NCBI GenBank assembly: GCA_038087875.1
Contig: CM075992.1
Coordinates: 11,472,001 to 11,536,000 of the forward strand
Direction of reading: 5' to 3'
From: Malacoraja senta
Taxonomy: Eukaryota
DNA length: 64,000 bases
The position numbers were made by a program, and so were the translations under genes. Shown here piece by piece: positions 62,741 to 64,000 of the stretch. A model generated the notes under the pieces. That model saw only the letters and a list, made by a program, of their open reading frames with translations, did not search any database and was not told the DNA's origin. The stretch's first letter is position 1. Every line of letters starts with the position of its first letter.

Positions 62741-63775
62741 TAGGTATGTTACAATACTTACCTTCAGCGGCGCTGCAATTCTGCCACTGGCCGTGTGCGC
62801 GATTTTTGCGCCTTTGAGGGGTGGGGGCGGGGTTAAAACACGGGTTTATCCTACCTTGTCCTGTATTTTATTTCGTTGGAGTGCCAGCTTTTGCTGAAAA
62901 ATCATTCCGACGGGCGTTTTGTGTATTTTTTATTTTTATTCGATCGACTAGTTCAGCGCTGGAATTATTTTAAAATCAGCTTCGAAAGCCGTCAACGCCG
63001 ACGGATTTCACGCACGGGACAGATAAACAAAAGCAGTTTATTTTATGTATAAAAGTGCTTCTTAAGAGGCCTTTAATTCACATTTTGTAATGCGAAACGG
63101 TGATTCTTTTCCCCGAACTAACGGCAGAATTTTTCATGCCGATACGGGGTTAAATTCACCGCAAATCAACGTTCCAAATGATCGCGTTCCAGAAAATCCC
63201 ACTCGCAAGATGATTTAAATGCCCATTAATTTACAGGTATTAAACATTAAATTTCTTCCATTTGGCCTGTAAATCCATGACAATGAGATTTAAAAATAAT
63301 GTTATATTGTGAGTTCTTGTGTGAATGTTATTTGGACACTTAAGCTAGTTAAAAATGTTAATCTATTCTTAAGAAATTGATAGATGTTTAGATCTAGTAA
63401 TTGAATTTTGTAATTAGCTACAATTAGGTAACTAGCTAATTATATGCTTTAATTTCATGTCATCTAAGTAAGATTGTTTCATATTTGTTTCAGAATGCTT
63501 CAATCTATAATAACTGAAAATCTCTTTTAGTTCTCTCGATTTTTAAGAAAGTTATGGGCTTTTGACTGTCCTCGATCACAGCTTTTGTGTTAAGTCAATG
63601 GAAAAGCAATAGGGAACAAGATGCTAATTTCCGAGTATGAAAATGGCCATAATTTTTTTAATACTGAAGATATGAAAGTGAATTAGGTGTCAAATTAAAC
63701 GTCTTTTTCTGCTTTATCTGATGGGATAAATTACAGACTTGATTTTTAAAATCTCAACATTTTGTAACATTGCTA
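62741..63775. mobile_element. Non-autonomous DNA transposon with TAG..CTA ends and a 7-bp TSD (hAT-related)
   Basis: TIR TAGGTATGTTACAA versus reverse-complemented right end TAGCAATGTTACAA. TSD CCTATCA (62734-62740) / CCTGTCA (63776-63782). The empty site CCTATCACTT is seen in the paralogous units (~39338, 53039, 57168). Confidence 0.85.
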
Positions 63776-64000
63776 CCTGTCACTTTCCACACTTGCTCCA
63801 AGCCCTCCCCCACTCTTTGCAGTGACTATCTCCCTTCTATTCTTTCTGCCCACATGAAGGTCAGAACCTGTCCATTTTCCACCAGAGATGCTGCCTGACC
63901 CACTGACAATTCTCCTTTGTTGTGCCAGATCCCAGCATCTGCGATCTCTCGTGCCTCCTAGACTACCTCATGATTCACTCTCATTCAAATATTCATCACA

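Larger units (their letters stand above)
35315..64000. repeat. Segmental tandem duplication carrying EGF exons (A1-B1-A2-B2 higher-order repeat)
   Basis: TCCTATCCATGTACAGTATCTGTCTAACAACATCC begins at 35315 and 53204. The block CR1 3' end + EGF exon + flank recurs at ~38390, 52100, 56285 and 61800. Confidence 0.93.

Overview
This is vertebrate genomic DNA. The repeat content (HE1-type SINEs, CR1, Penelope, DIRS) suggests a cartilaginous fish such as a skate or ray (inference). Most of the window is transposable element. One host gene is recognisable, on the minus strand: an ADGRE5/CD97-like adhesion GPCR. It has four tandemly duplicated calcium-binding EGF exons (62100-61949, 56584-56432, 52400-52249, 38683-38531), followed by three phase-compatible stalk/GAIN exons (28207-28170, 27004-26827, 25098-24979). 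No GPS or 7TM exons were found. The EGF exons were amplified together with intronic CR1 LINEs in an A-B-A-B higher-order duplication (~35.3-64 kb). The two B-type copies share the same 1-nt frameshift. There are two DIRS1-like tyrosine-recombinase retrotransposons. The second has both ends and its ICR, and it carries nested L1, CR1 and MITE insertions. Other elements include a young Penelope copy with an intact RT/GIY-YIG ORF and an intact minimal hammerhead-ribozyme motif, a near full-length L1 with a very long TSD, SINEs, non-autonomous DNA transposons, and a 200-N assembly gap at 7549-7748. All family assignments are from motif recognition, not database searches.
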